Of a stretch of 64,000 nucleotides of DNA, positions 11,902 to 24,686 are shown piece by piece. Each line of letters opens with the position of its first letter. Position 1 is the stretch's first letter. This DNA comes from Haliotis rufescens (taxonomy: Eukaryota). Under the pieces are notes generated by a model, which was not told where the DNA came from, did no database searches, and saw nothing but the letters and a program-made list of their open reading frames with translations. Where the stretch lies: NCBI RefSeq assembly GCF_023055435.1, contig NW_025963779.1, positions 80,910,001 to 80,974,000 of the forward strand, written 5' to 3'. Position numbers and translations under genes: made by a program.

Positions 11902-12380
11902 ACACCCAACGACCAGCTCGCCCAAAAACACCCAACGACCAGCTCACCCAAACACACACAACGACCAGCTCGCCCAAACGCACCCAACGACCAGCTCGCC
12001 CAAACACACCCAACGACCAGCTCGCCCAAACACACCCAACGACCAGCTCGCCCAAACACACCCAACGACCAGCTCGCCCAAACACACCCAACGACCAGCT
12101 CGCCCAAACACACCCAACGACCAGCTCGCCCAAACACACCCAACGACCAGCTCGCCCAAACACACCCAACGACCAGCTCGCCCAAACACACCCAACCACC
12201 AGCTCGCCCAAACACACCCAACGACCAGCTCGCCCAAACACACCCAACGACCAGCTCGCCTAAACACACCCAACGACCAGCTCGCCCAAACACACCCAAC
12301 GACCAGCTCGCCCAAACACACCCAACGACCAGCTCGCCCAAACACACCCAACGACCAGCTCGCAACAAACACACCAAACG
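11902..12380. repeat. 26-bp minisatellite, about 18 copies
   Basis: Unit cacacccaacgaccagctcgcccaaa, highly homogeneous. Confidence 0.95.
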
Positions 12381-12610
12381 AAAACTGATACCACCAGTCA
12401 CGTGGGACGAGAAGTTCGTGTCCCAACACAAAGTATAAACAGTTGCAAATATGGCAACAAAGAAAGCCAGCATTTTATGATGACAGTAATTCTAACCTAC
12501 CTTGATGATACTATATCCAGTTGAACACTAAAATTAACACACGACTGACCTCCCCGACAGTCTAAAGTGGTCTCCCATTTGTCCCTCTTTCGGGTTGTCG
12601 TATATCACCT

Positions 12611-12778
12611 TGAGTGAGTGAGCGAGTGTTGGTTTAACGTGGCTTTTAGCAATATTCCAGCAATATCACACCAGGGACACCAGAAATGGGCTTCACACAT
12701 TGTACCCACTTCAGGAATCGAACCCGGGTCCTCGATGTGACAAATGAGCGCTTTAACCACTAGGCTACCCAACCGCCC
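12611..12778 (-). mobile_element. SINE family A
   Basis: Same family as 1452-1614, reverse orientation. Confidence 0.8.
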
Positions 12779-13060
12779 TTATCACCTTCATATAGTTGTA
12801 ATATTGATGATTGGGACATAAACATTGTGATGTGATGAAGTATACTAACCTTGGTTTCGCCTAGTGTTTTGAAAGAATATGTATTTCATGGAAACGACTC
12901 CTAAACAAATCAGTGTCTTCAGCGTAAGTTACATACTCTATTACAGACACAATTTTACCATATATATTATTTAACATTGCGTGATGGTTTCCTAGTTTCT
13001 TCAATTTACTGAGCAACAAGGGATACAAGTCACTGGGCCTGATCGCCTCTTACTGCAAGC

Positions 13061-13343
13061 GGGGCACGGGTGGCTCAGTCATCTAAGGCGCCGTGATTTA
13101 CTGTGCAGAGTTGCGTCCCTTGGGCATGCCAGAAACCTATGATTGTGGATTCGAATCCCGGTTCGCCCCGATTATGTTTCTAGGTTTGTCAGCACCATAC
13201 CCCTGCTCGTGGGTTTCACTGAAGTGGTAAACGTCGGAGACCTGCATCACTTCGGGCTTTCCTCACACATTAAGCTGACACGACGCAATATAACTGGAAT
13301 ACTGTTAAAAGCGGCGTTAAACCCAACTCACTCACTCACTCAC
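13061..13343 (+). mobile_element. tRNA-derived SINE, family B
   Basis: ggggcacgggtggctcagtc...gattcgaatccc...tttctaggtttgtcagcaccataccc...aagctgacacg...gcggcgttaaacccaac(TCAC)n; further copies at 37295, 39530 and 59475. Confidence 0.85.
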
Positions 13344-13515
13344 TTACTGCAAGCATACAATAGGTCCAATGCATGTCCTCATGGTTGACTACAATGGTGT
13401 TGTCATGATTCAATCACTGGTTTTCCTTGTCCAGATTCGGTTATTTAGATGCTTCTGTGATTTAGCTGGAATACCGCTGACTTGGTAGATTCACTCATTC
13501 AGTCACATTGTGCAA

Positions 13516-15463
13516 ATAGAGCCACAAGGCTCTGTAGCTCACCTGATGATTATGACACATTCAACCTTACTTTCGTACACAGATCTATACTGAGGTTAAA
13601 AGGTATTGGTGCAAAAGATTCCAGGACCATCATTTAGGACAATGTTGAACGCAAACTTGAACAATCTTGGATCATCTGACTGCAATTATATTCACACAAA
13701 ACGTAAGATAGTTTTTCCCATGTGTTTTTTAAGAATAGTTTTTGTAATTTTTAAAAATAAATTGAAATATAATATAAGATAATAATTTTAACAAAACAAT
13801 TTTTTATCACATTGATTAGAACAAGATAATTATGATGTCTTCTTAAGAAACTTGCATGCCAAATTTCAAATTAATCAGTCAAGCAGTTTCAGAAGAGAAG
13901 ATATTTGAGAGCATGGAAAAAGTGCAAAGGTCTTCCAACTGTAAAGGTTGGTGTCAGGGATACCAGGGGTTGTAAAATGGAGTCGGTGACAAGGAACAGT
14001 CCCCTCTTTGAAGTGCTGAAGGCACCTAGCCCATGCTTTGATGGCTGAAGCAATAGCTGTTTTGGCTCTGAGCAGCCATGGGTAACAGACACACAAGAAA
14101 CTTTGGCCCCAAAAAGCTGGCCTGCCATCAGTGGACAGTTTGGGCCAGCTTGAACATGTTTCGATATTTTCTCCGAAATTAAAAGGTGTAGAATGGTGAA
14201 ACTTTTTGCCTGGATCATCCTACCATATGAAAAAATACTTTTTACCACTGCTCCCAGATAACTTGATGAAACATACTGACAGATTAGTGTGAGATCAAGG
14301 ATATGGTTTTACAATTTTGCATCTTCTTTGATTTTTATTGCCAAATCAAGCATTTTCAGTTTGATGACATGAAGTTTTACGCTGTAAAGATTGAATCAAG
14401 GTCAAAATTCATAATTTTTGCAAAAATAGAAAATTTAGGTTACTCCATCTACATCTAAATATATCTTCCATGGTGGCCATGCTTGACGGGGGATCAAAAT
14501 CCTCTCAGCAATATTTGTGATCATGGAAAGTTGCAACTTCAAAGGCATTGTAGTTTCAGACAAAATGTCAAAACTTCCAAACACTAACACAGGAAATAGG
14601 GGAATATGTGAAGGCAAAGGTTGTAGTTGGATCAAAATGAATATATACCAAATAACGCATTATACGTTATTCCAAAAACCACATGCTGCATATCAAATTT
14701 CATAATGATACATACAAAAATTGTTGGGTAAATGGCTAAAAATGACATTTTCAAAATGGCCGTCTTTTTAGAACACCATAGCTGGAATCATTCATAAAAA
14801 GTTCCAGCACCCTAGTCCTTGTAGTTCCAGAGTAGATGCCGAATATGCAAAAGACAGACAGATAGACGACAGACAATGCACTACGAGATCATCTTCCCGA
14901 GGCAAGAGAGTAAACTGACTATGAAAGTCCAGTTTCCACCCTTGCGGAACTAGGCTGGTATTATGGAGTTACATTTTGGCTGGACTAACGAGTCTATGCA
15001 TAGTCCAATCAAAATCGTGCAACGAAATCGAAATCCGGTTAGTAAACTGTAATGCAGATTTCAGTCGATTGCAGGATTTGCAAAGCATGTGCACCGCCAA
15101 CTCGTCAACAGATATTTTCCTAATCTTTTCATGTTTTTAATCAAGGTGCTACGTGATTGGATGCACTTTGCGATGTAAGACACAATATAGATCTTGATTA
15201 TCAATCAGATCGTCTTCACTGGGCGCCGCCATTTTGTTTGAAGCAAATGGCAGTGATACGAGACATGCAATCTGATTGGTCCTTAGGGGAGACATAGAAG
15301 GGACATAACTTGTTATAGCCACTGGTGGCGCTACAATCGAGCCAAGGAATTCCAGCCTAGTTCGGCAAGGTGGAAACTGGACTATTAAAGTCAGTTAACT
15401 CTCTTGCCTCGGGAAGATGCTCCGAGATAAGCTCACCTGACTTTCAGTTAATTGAGCCAAAAA
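13516..15463 (+). mobile_element. Non-autonomous Helentron/HINE-like repeat, interrupted by a MITE
   Basis: agctcacctga near both ends, (GACA)n-like microsatellite near the 3' end, terminal agctcacctgactttcagttaattgagccaaaaa. Resembles mollusc HINE-type repeats by pattern only. Confidence 0.55.
14890..15419 (-). mobile_element. MITE with about 68-bp TIRs (CATCTTCC termini) and 9-bp TSD, copy 1
   Basis: TIRs catcttcccgaggcaagagag...; TSD ctacgagat/ctccgagat (one mismatch); orientation opposite to copies 2 and 3. Confidence 0.9.
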
Positions 15464-16247
15464 TAACAAAAACAGTAAGTAATGGCATCAGGATTCATTC
15501 CAAGGTAAATGTATGAGTTATCAACAAAATAACAACATTTAGGGACAATGCTCACATAGATGTTAGGACTTGCCGGAACCATCATCAACACCATGCAGGT
15601 TGAGGTGTGTAAATCACCTTCTAATATATCCATGCACGAAAAACATAATTCATTCCATGGAACTACATATATAATATGTATATTCAAGAATCCTTTGAAA
15701 AGGTGGACATATATTAAGGACAAAACCATGACAACCATATTGTGCATTTGTAGCACAGTGAGGTAGAATAAGCAAAATGGGTAATAACAGTATCACAAGT
15801 CATTCCGAAGACACCCATAACAAATTCAACAAGCGAACAACACACAGGGAAGGGTTTTTTTATATCTTGTGGGGTTTTTTTTATTCCTTTATTCCTTGGT
15901 TATGGGTCCCACTGACCTAAAAGCAGGAATGTGGATTTTTTTTATTCCAGTTCCAAGTATCATATTACCACTATGCCTGATAATCACACATATTTGGGGG
16001 GTTGGTTGGAGGTGGGTAGAAATAACATCTTGTTTCCCTGTCTGACTAAGGCCAGGGACGCATGCTCAATGACTTGGACATAATATTCACAGCTTCACAG
16101 GTACTCCATACAGTGTTGTTTCTCATGTAAATGCTATCAATTTGGTAACATCTCATTACACAAAAATGAAAAAGGAAAATTTTAATACAATAAATCTCAT
16201 CCTACTGACCCTATTTTTTCACAAACCAATTAAATGGTGTACATGTA

Positions 16248-16576
16248 CCGTATTCGATGTAATAAGCGCCCCGCTCTAATAAGCGTCCACGGTAATATTT
16301 GCTAATATATTGGCTAGTGAATAATCCCAATTAGCACCCCTTCTGATTGATCTATGTACACAAGATTTATTTATTCGCGTATAAAATGCACTTGTGTGTT
16401 ATATGCACCCTTTATTCTGGAAAATATATCAGTCGTATATAAATATTTTAGGCTGTCAGCATAAGCCACAAAATTTATCTTTCAACTCTGTTTTTTTCCA
16501 CCAAAATAATATTCTAATAAGAGCCCCCTATTTCTAATTTTGAGAGCGCTCTGGGTGCTTATTATGTCGAATACGG
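16248..16576. mobile_element. Tigger/pogo-type MITE flanked by TA
   Basis: TA-ccgtattcgatgtaataagcgccc...gggtgcttattatgtcgaatacgg-TA; second copy at 24687-25028. Confidence 0.85.
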
Positions 16577-16649
16577 TAATATATTTTCACTATATTTTGA
16601 CAACTGGACAAACATTCTGAAAACCAGCTAACGTACGGTAAAGGCGTTA

Positions 16650-18109
16650 TTACAGGTTTGCATCACTTTGCGGAAGGGAGAGGATAGCGGTTTTTCCAGA
16701 GGCTTGCCCACCGCCTGCTGGGACTTTCAACACTATAGATATTTGGTTTTGCAGTTGACTGGCATCAGCTGGGCTGTTGACTTCAGATGCATTTCCAGAC
16801 AAAGATTTCATAACGTCTGGAGACAGCAAACTTCGGAGGGGTTTGGCAGGTTCAGCTAAACAATTGGAGGCTTGGTTCATTGGTAAGGTGGATGGAAGCT
16901 GTATCACTTGGAAAAGCGGGGAGGAAGCCGACAACATAGGAAGATGAGTCTTGGTTTCAAAGCTGACAGGGATTTCCTGTGATTGCATGATCTTATTGTC
17001 TATTTGTGTTGCTAGATCAAGTGTATCAATGGACTCGGTAGACTTTGACATTGGAGACTTAATCTGACACAGATTATCTACACTTTCAGATCTCAACCCT
17101 AAGCCAACACTTCTGAAAGGATTGGTCTTTACATTTGTAAAGTTCTCGGATATATCTGACAAAATCTGCTCGGCACCTTCAGTCATCTGAAGGCTGGTTT
17201 CTGGAGAGTCCAGATAAGGAATCTTTCCCTTATGGACATCATGAAATTTATTCAGGTCGAGTACAGGCCCTGCTGAGGTATCCAAGCGGACATTCCTGGT
17301 TACAAACAGACTGTTAGAATCCTCTGAATGAAAGCTCTGGGGAACGGTATCTGTATCTAGAGGAAAGGATGGGTCACTGCACAGATTGAACCCACCGCCC
17401 ATGATAGAGATGTCTTCCAGGTCATCGGGGCTTCCTTGGGGCAGGGATGAGATCCTAGATTCACACAGAAGGCCTTCTTCCTCCACAATGCCTGCATGAA
17501 GAGCTGCTGGTGCAGTGGCAGCTTCCACAGCCTCATCCTCTACTTCTTCCTCTTGTTCTTCCTCACCATCCCCGTTAAGGCGGATCACTTTTACATCAAT
17601 TTTATGAACATCTGGATTGAGATAATCTTTGACATCAAACTTAAGGCAGTTCTCAACTTTGATCACTTTGGCAACATTTTGAACATGCTTCTGGGAACAG
17701 TGCCTTTTGACTTTGTTGGACAAATTGCTTCTGTAAGGACACAGACTGCATTTGTAGGGTTTGATGCCTTCATGGGCCATGAGATGCATGGACAGTCCAC
17801 TATAGTAAGCTGTCTTGAAATCGCAACGATTACAAGCATATCTCTTGTGGTCAATGTGTTTGCCGTAGATGTGCTTCACAACAACATATCTGGATGTTCC
17901 CTTGTATGAGCAATCGGGACACTTGAACAGCTTCTTGCCATTGTGGATCAAACAATGGCGTTTGAAGCTGCCTGTCTCTATGGTCTTGTAGCCACAAATC
18001 TCACAAACATACCTTGTTATTCCCTGGTGTTTAGCTTTATGAAGGCCTAGTGCCTTTTCAAACTTGGTCATGAACTTGCACTGACCATAGTCACAAAACA
18101 GCAGTTCTC
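16650..18109 (-). CDS. C2H2 zinc-finger protein, last coding exon
   Basis: Acceptor tttcag|ga (phase 1, completes the HTGE linker); five C2H2 fingers, acidic tract, low-complexity C-terminus; stop at 16650. Confidence 0.88.
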
Positions 18110-18449
18110 CTGAAAGCAAACCAGAAAACTCTAAACATTTCTTATGTTAGGACTTTGCCTTTAAACGAGACTCCCTGAGACTCCAAATTTAACATTATTT
18201 CACTGTGCATTGTTTCTAGTTTGTAATTTCAATATATGTATAGATAAAATTTGATGCCTCTGAGTCTAATTTTGGATGAAATATCTTTAGTGAATTAAAG
18301 AAAAAGATCTGTGAAAAAGAAATAAAAGTATTTTGTAACATCATTTAGGACGATACTGGGTGCAAATAGTGATTACATAAACAGTTTTTGATCTTCTTAT
18401 GATCATTATATTTACAAGAGGTTGAAACAATGTGCCAAGACATAGGCCA

Positions 18450-19312
18450 GAGTGGTGGGGCTGGGTGGTGGGGCTGTGTGGTTGGGCTGTGTGGTGGGGC
18501 TGGGTGGTGGGGCAGGGTTGTGGGGCTGTGTGGTGGGGCTGGGTGGTGGGGCAGGGTGGTTGGGCTGTGTGGTGGGGCTGTGGGGGGCTGTGTGGTTGGG
18601 CTGTGTGGTGGGGCAGGGTGTTGGGGCTGGGTGGTTGGGCTGGGTGGTGGGGCAGGGTGTTGGGGCAGGGTGTTGGGGCTGGGTGGTTGGTCAGGGTGGT
18701 GGGGCTGGGTGGTGGGGCAGGGTGTTGGGGCTGGGTGGTTGGGCTGGGTGGTGGGACTTGGTTGTGGGGCAGGGTGGTAGGGCTGGGTGGTTGGGCTGGG
18801 TGGTTGGGCTGGGTGGTTGGTCAGGGTGGTGGGGCTGGGTGGTGGGGCTGTGTGGTGGGGCAGGGTGGTGGGGCTGGGTGGTGGGGCTGTGTTGTGGGGC
18901 AGGGTGGTAGGGCTGGGTGGTTGGGCTGGGTGGTTGGGCTGGGTGGTTGGTCAGAGTGGTGGGGCTGGGTGGTCGGGCTGTGTGGTCGGGCAGGGTGGTG
19001 GGTCTGGGTGGTGGGGCTGTGTTGTGGGGCAGGGTGGTAGGGCTGGGTGGTGGGGCTGGGTGGTGGGGCTGGGTGGTGGGTCAGGGTGGTGGGGCTGGGT
19101 GGTGGGGCTGGGTGGTGGGGCTGTGTTGTGTGGTAGGGCTGGGTGGTGGGGCTGTGTGGTTGGGCTGGGTGGTGGGGCTGTGTGGTGGGGCTGGGTGTGG
19201 CTGGGTGGTGGGGCTGTGTGGTTGGGCTGGGTGGTGGGGCTGGGTGGTGGGGCAGGGTGGTTGGGCAGGACTGTGCAGCAGGGTTCTGATGTTGCTTGGT
19301 GGGGCAGGGGCA
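18450..19312. repeat. G-rich 13-bp minisatellite (gggctgggtggtg variants), intronic
   Basis: About 860 bp of GGG-run repeats. Confidence 0.95.
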
Positions 19313-19434
19313 GCTAACATAACAATGAAATCCTGCTGCTACTGTAGCATCATGTTAACAGTCTTAGACAAGACGGAAACCTGAACCATTCAAACAAAAG
19401 GACAGCAAGGTTGTGGTAGGGGAAGTAACTCTAC

Positions 19435-19527
19435 CTGTGTGTTTTCTCATGTGGTCTCGGAGATTCGCACTGTTGACTCCCACAAATCCACAGTCCTGGC
19501 TATATGTGCATAAGAAGTTGCTTTTGC
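19435..19527 (-). CDS. C2H2 zinc-finger protein, internal 93-bp exon (not in ORF track)
   Basis: ttacag|...|gtagag; translates (G)KSNFLCTYSQDCGFVGVNSANLRDHMRKHT(G); phase 1-1, in frame with both neighbours. Confidence 0.85.
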
Positions 19528-20682
19528 CTGTAAGTGAAAAAAAAGAATAAGTAGGCCATAAGAGGTGTCTAAATGGATTGGGTGGTCAGGTTCAATGACT
19601 TGGATAACTGCATGGTCCAGACTTGATTCACAGACCATGTCATGCATCTGAAATATTGAAACAAACAAGCAGCCAGTAATTCTTACTTTACTACGCGGAC
19701 ACTTTCAAAATCACTTTTTCCCATTTTCAGGAATGACACTGTCATGATTGTGTGGAATATTCCTCATGTCCAGTTTTAAAATGAGTGAGTGAGTTAAAAT
19801 TTAATGTCACATCGGCATTATTTCAGCCATGTAGCGACAGTTTCATAACGAAAAGTCTAAGATGTAAATGTCACACACATTTTACAGAAGTAACTTGACC
19901 AAAACGGTGGCCAAAGGTTGTATGTATTTGCCTCAACAGTTGTCAGTTAGTGAACACAAGTTGCCAGGTTGCTGTGGTGAAATATTTCACATTTTAAGAT
20001 GAAAAACCTACTTTGTTGTAGAAAGGTAAATGTTCTGTGGGAAATAATGATGCGCAATAGTTTTCAAGAAGACTTTTTACATCTAGAACTTGATGGAGTG
20101 AGTGAGTTTGGCTTAATGTTGCATTCAACGGCATTTCTGTCATAACATGGTGTCCGCTTCATATGGGAGTGATGCAGGAATTAGATCTGTCCTGCTATCC
20201 ACTAGCGGAGACAATTCACTGTGCAGGGTTGCATTTCCTAGGCACGTCAGAATCCTGTTAACATACCCCAATGATATGAATCCTTGGCAGTGATCGACAT
20301 TAAGAATAAATGTGAAGGTGTCCTTGTCATAATCCTAATACCAAAGTGGGGGTCCCCCGACTCAAATACCTCCGGGAAACATCACAGGCCCCATTACCCA
20401 CTTAATTACCAACACTGCTTGGTCCTGTTTCAAGTCACCGATTTCTGGTCTGACTTAGTCTGCGACTGAGTATTATTCACAGGCTGACTTAGGCTAAGAA
20501 CAAAAATAAGATCTTGGTTCTCAGGCACCGCCGCATCTTCATAAAGTTTGTCGCTGAGACCTACACAACTTAGGGCTTTCCTCCCACATTAAGCTTAAAG
20601 GTTGTGATATACCTGGAATCCTGTTCGAAGTGGCATTAAAACAAACTCACTCATTGTAAAACAAGTATTTCAAAGATTTTAC

Positions 20683-21550
20683 CATTATGTTTCTTGGCAC
20701 TGTGTCTGGTGAGACTGGACTTGTTCTTGAATCTCCTGGGGCAGTGTTCACACAGGAAGTTGGGCTGTGCATGCTTGCTCTTGTGCACCTGCAGCTGGCT
20801 GCGCCAAATTGTGCTGAAGTCACACTGGTCACACTGCAGCACATCTCCATTGTTGTGTGCCCGAATGTGTCTCTTCATAAACCCCAGATAGTTCGATTCA
20901 TGGCTGCACAGCCTACACCTATACACAGTGTGATTGTCCTTCACAAATTCATCCCAATGACACTCATCCACTGCATCTTCGGTTTCGAGGACAGTCTTGC
21001 AACTTTCCTCTTCATCCGTAATGCAAGCATCAATCTGATTATCATCTTTTGAAAAGATGTTTTCAGTTTCTTGAACAAAACTTTTATACATAGTTTCAGC
21101 CTCTTGCTCTGCCTCCGAGAGAGTTAACTGCCTGTTGTCGACATCATTCCCCAGAACATCTAACCGAACATCAGCCATGTCCATATTTGGAGAGTCAATA
21201 TTTGGAGCATCTTTGTCTTCAACAGTGTAATCCTGAGATCTAGTTCTTCCTAAAATATGAACATTGTTCGTTTTATGTAATGAACTTGAAGTTGAAGGAT
21301 CGTGAATTTCATGTTTCCCTTGTTTTAGAACAGTGTCGTCAACTTCAGACATGGAGAAATCAGAAACGAGTTCGATATCTTTGCTGAAAAGTTGTAGAAA
21401 CATATCTCTGGGGCATGCAAACAGCTGACATGACGAGGTCTGACGGTTGCCGTCACAGATGGCGGCATGGTGTGCATACGTCTCCTGGGTGCAGAGCAAG
21501 CCGTCACATCGGGGGCAGCCCAGGTACATGACTGGAGCAGCCGGTATCAT
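20683..21550 (-). CDS. C2H2 zinc-finger protein, first coding exon
   Basis: Acceptor ttgctag| at 21563, ATG at 21550, N-terminal CPRC..H..C motif, three C2H2 fingers, donor |gtaaaa after 20683. Joined CDS is 2421 nt (806 aa). Confidence 0.8.
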
Positions 21551-22116
21551 GATTGTGATGTACCTAGCAACAATAAGTAAACAATAACATAACGAGGGAT
21601 AAATACTCTCAATAGTAATTAATTGTTGTAAGCTGTAACTGAAAATATTGTCTTCTATAATATGATAATTTAGCATAAGGATTCACTAGCTCGGAATGTC
21701 ACAAATGGGTGAAAAACAATTATGAGAGACCTTTTCCTTTACGAGTCTTCTTGGTTTAGTTAACACGGGAAGGGAAGCATGGTACACGTATAACCCTTCG
21801 GCATGTAGTTTTTCTTGTATTTCATTCTTTCTTATTTCATCAATCATCCAAATATCAATACTGACAAGAGATTCCTTTTGAAAAAAACATGTTTTAAAAT
21901 TTTATTTTAATTATCATATTTCGACCACCATATTGTTATATACAAATTATAAAAATCTGTAAACTTAGCAATTGAAATATAGAGGCCTTATGTACTACTA
22001 CTACTACTACTTATGTACTAAATTACTCAAGATAAAATGTAAAATCTATGTAAACATGAAAAACCCAAAGTAGAGTCAATTGTAGAAAAAGTGATACCCC
22101 AGTTGTCATATCATCG

Positions 22117-22940
22117 ACCCGTGAAGATCCAGGGTAGAATCATCTTCTTGAGGCAAGAGAGTTAACTGACTTTAAAAGTCCAATTTCCACCCTGCCGAAC
22201 TAGGCTGGAATTCCTGGGCTCGATCGTAGCGCCACCAGTTGCTATTACGAGTAATGTCCTTTCTATGCCTCTCCTATTGACCAATCAGATTTAACCTCTC
22301 GTATCAAATGCATTTGCTTCAAACAAAACGGTGGCGCCCAGTCAAGACGATCTGATCGATAATCAAGATCCATATTGTGATCAAACGAGTCTTACATCGC
22401 GAAGTGCATCAATTCACGTGAGGACCTTGACTAAAAACATGAAAAGATATAGAAAATATCTGTTGACAACGAGTTAGCAGTGCACATGCTTTGCAAATCC
22501 TGCAGTTGACTGAAATCTGCATGACACTTTACGAACCGGATTTCGATTTCGGTGTGTGATTTTGATTGGACTATGCATAGACTCGTTAGTCCAGCCAAAA
22601 TGTAACTCCATAATACCAGCCTAGTTCAGCAAGGGTGGAAACTGGACTTTTATAGTCAGTTAACTCACTTTCCTCAGGAAGATGGGGTAGAATAGGTCTT
22701 CAGCAACCCATGCTCGCCGTAAAAGGTGACTATGCTTGTCGTAAAAGGTAACTAATGGGATCGGGTGGTCAGGCTCGCTGACTCGGTTGATGCATGTAAT
22801 TGATCCCAATTGCTTGGATCCATGCTCGTGATATTAATCCCTGGATTGTCTGGTCCAGACTCGATTATTTACAGACCGCCGTCATATAGCTGGAATATTG
22901 CTGAGTGCGGCGTAAACAAGAAACCAACCAACCAACCAAC
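22117..22940 (+). mobile_element. SINE family C split by a MITE insertion
   Basis: gacccgtgaagatccagggtagaat, then the MITE, then gggtagaataggtcttcagc...(AACC)n. Confidence 0.85.
22141..22684 (+). mobile_element. CATC-TIR MITE, copy 2
   Basis: Perfect 9-bp TSD gggtagaat on both sides. Confidence 0.92.
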
Positions 22941-23095
22941 CTCCTTGTGTCAACTGCTACAAATGATATCACCACTAGCAGATTGTGTACATTACATACC
23001 CCTGGTCTCGAACGGGCGGTGTTGTAACTTTGAGATATCTGGACATTCGAGATAATGAGGCTTGATCATCATCTAACAGTATAACAGATACATAG

Positions 23096-23565
23096 TAGGG
23101 GTGACTTTTGGTCTGGAAATCACTATTGCGATAATTATTGATATTGCAAGCAACTATTGCGATAAATATCGATAGTTTTCATTGTATCATTTTAGATGGA
23201 ACGAGAGTTGAATTAAACCTGGGAACAGAAGTTTCCTTTGAATGTGATAACCACAAAAACAAATAAAAAGTAAAGTTTGAGATATGACTGATTTGTTTTT
23301 TCTTTATCCTAGTAACATGAATAATTTAAGAAAAAGAAACTTCCACATTACCATTTGTTAATTACTACCACTCATGATCAAAAGAAAAACAAATTTGAAC
23401 AGCATTGCATGTATTTTAATTATATGGTAAATACAATTGAAACTATCAATATTCCTAACTGAAATCAATACTATTGATCGAAAACTGATTTAACAATCGA
23501 TTTATTGACTTTAAGTGCTTACCAATAGCAATATATCAATATTTCGATCTATCGTGACACCCCTA
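23096..23565. mobile_element. hAT-like MITE
   Basis: Termini taggggtg...caccccta; imperfect 8-bp TSD atacatag/atacaaaa; subterminal ATCGAT-like repeats. Confidence 0.55.
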
Positions 23566-23589
23566 ATACAAAACAATACAATTGGATAC

Positions 23590-23855
23590 ATTTGTTTGTT
23601 TGTTGCTTAACATCGCACTCAGCAATATTCCAGCTATATGATGGCAGTCTGTAAATAATCAAGTCTGGGCCAGACAATCCAGTGATTGACATGATGAGCA
23701 TCTATCCACGCAAGTGGGATACAATGACTTACATCAACCAAGTCAGCACGCCTGACCACCTGATCCCGTTAGACGCCTCTCATGACAAGCATAGTTGCCT
23801 TATACAGCAAGCAGGGGTTGCTGAAGACCTATTCTTCCCCGGATGTTCACGGGTC
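23590..23855 (-). mobile_element. SINE family C
   Basis: Reverse complement of 1926-2192. Confidence 0.85.
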
Positions 23856-23877
23856 CAACTTGATACACAAGAAACAC

Positions 23878-24058
23878 TGTACAAAATCTGTCACAGTTGT
23901 TATTAATCATTGCTTGTGAAATACATTTCAATTTCTCATGACATACATGTGTTGTCTCAATTAGTTACACAAGAATTAAGACAACACATTTATGTCATGA
24001 GAAATTGAAATGTATTTCGCAGGCAATGATTAAAAACAACTGTGACAAATTATGTACA
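23878..24058. repeat. Imperfect hairpin with about 85-bp arms
   Basis: aaatacatttcaatttctcatgacata...tatgtcatgagaaattgaaatgtattt with extended arms. Confidence 0.85.
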
Positions 24059-24075
24059 GAGTACATGTACCTTAC

Positions 24076-24150
24076 TAGGCATAGCAGAAAATGCTACATA
24101 GTCTGTCCACTCATCAAAAACAACAAAGTGCCACTCTTGCCTCAACAAGC
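24076..24150 (-). other. Candidate 5'UTR exon of the zinc-finger gene
   Basis: Minus-strand ttaacag| acceptor and |gtaag donor bracket 75 bp of non-repetitive sequence. Confidence 0.35.
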
Positions 24151-24686
24151 CTGTTAATTCACAGCTTGGATATTTTAAGTAGCGTCACGAAGCTTGGATT
24201 CCTTTATTCCAGCCTTGATTACCACATGCAGAACCAGGAAGTACATCCATGTTTTTACTTACCATATGTCTAGTCACTATGTTTATTTGTCAATAAAGAC
24301 TACCATCACAATTGTGTAAAAGATAAGAACATAATTGGTCAACAAATTTGTTTTTACAGCGATGACAGAGGTGTGAGGAACAGTTCTGGATATATCTGTG
24401 CTTCTAAAAACTGTTTATGTGGCAAATGACAATTTCAAGATAAAGGGACAAAATTCCATAGTAAAAAGTTCGGACCGAGCCAAAGAGATAGCACTTTGCA
24501 TTTTTAGACATAAGTGTGCATCAGGGTCGGGAACGGAGAACAGGTTCGAGATATCGGTACTTTCGAGATAACAGAGTTTGAAATAATGAGGCTCTACTGT
24601 ATTCACAATGTAAAATACTATATATAGATCCTTCAACATGTTCAGGGAACATGGGGAATATAGGAAACAAAAAGTTTGATATTATT

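Noticed and set aside
11874-12473. Long ORFs over the 26-bp array
   Set aside because: Stop-free tandem repeat, open in several frames.
18430-19384. Gly/Trp-rich ORFs resembling shell-matrix proteins
   Set aside because: Open in all three frames, antisense within an intron, with no signal peptide or splice support.
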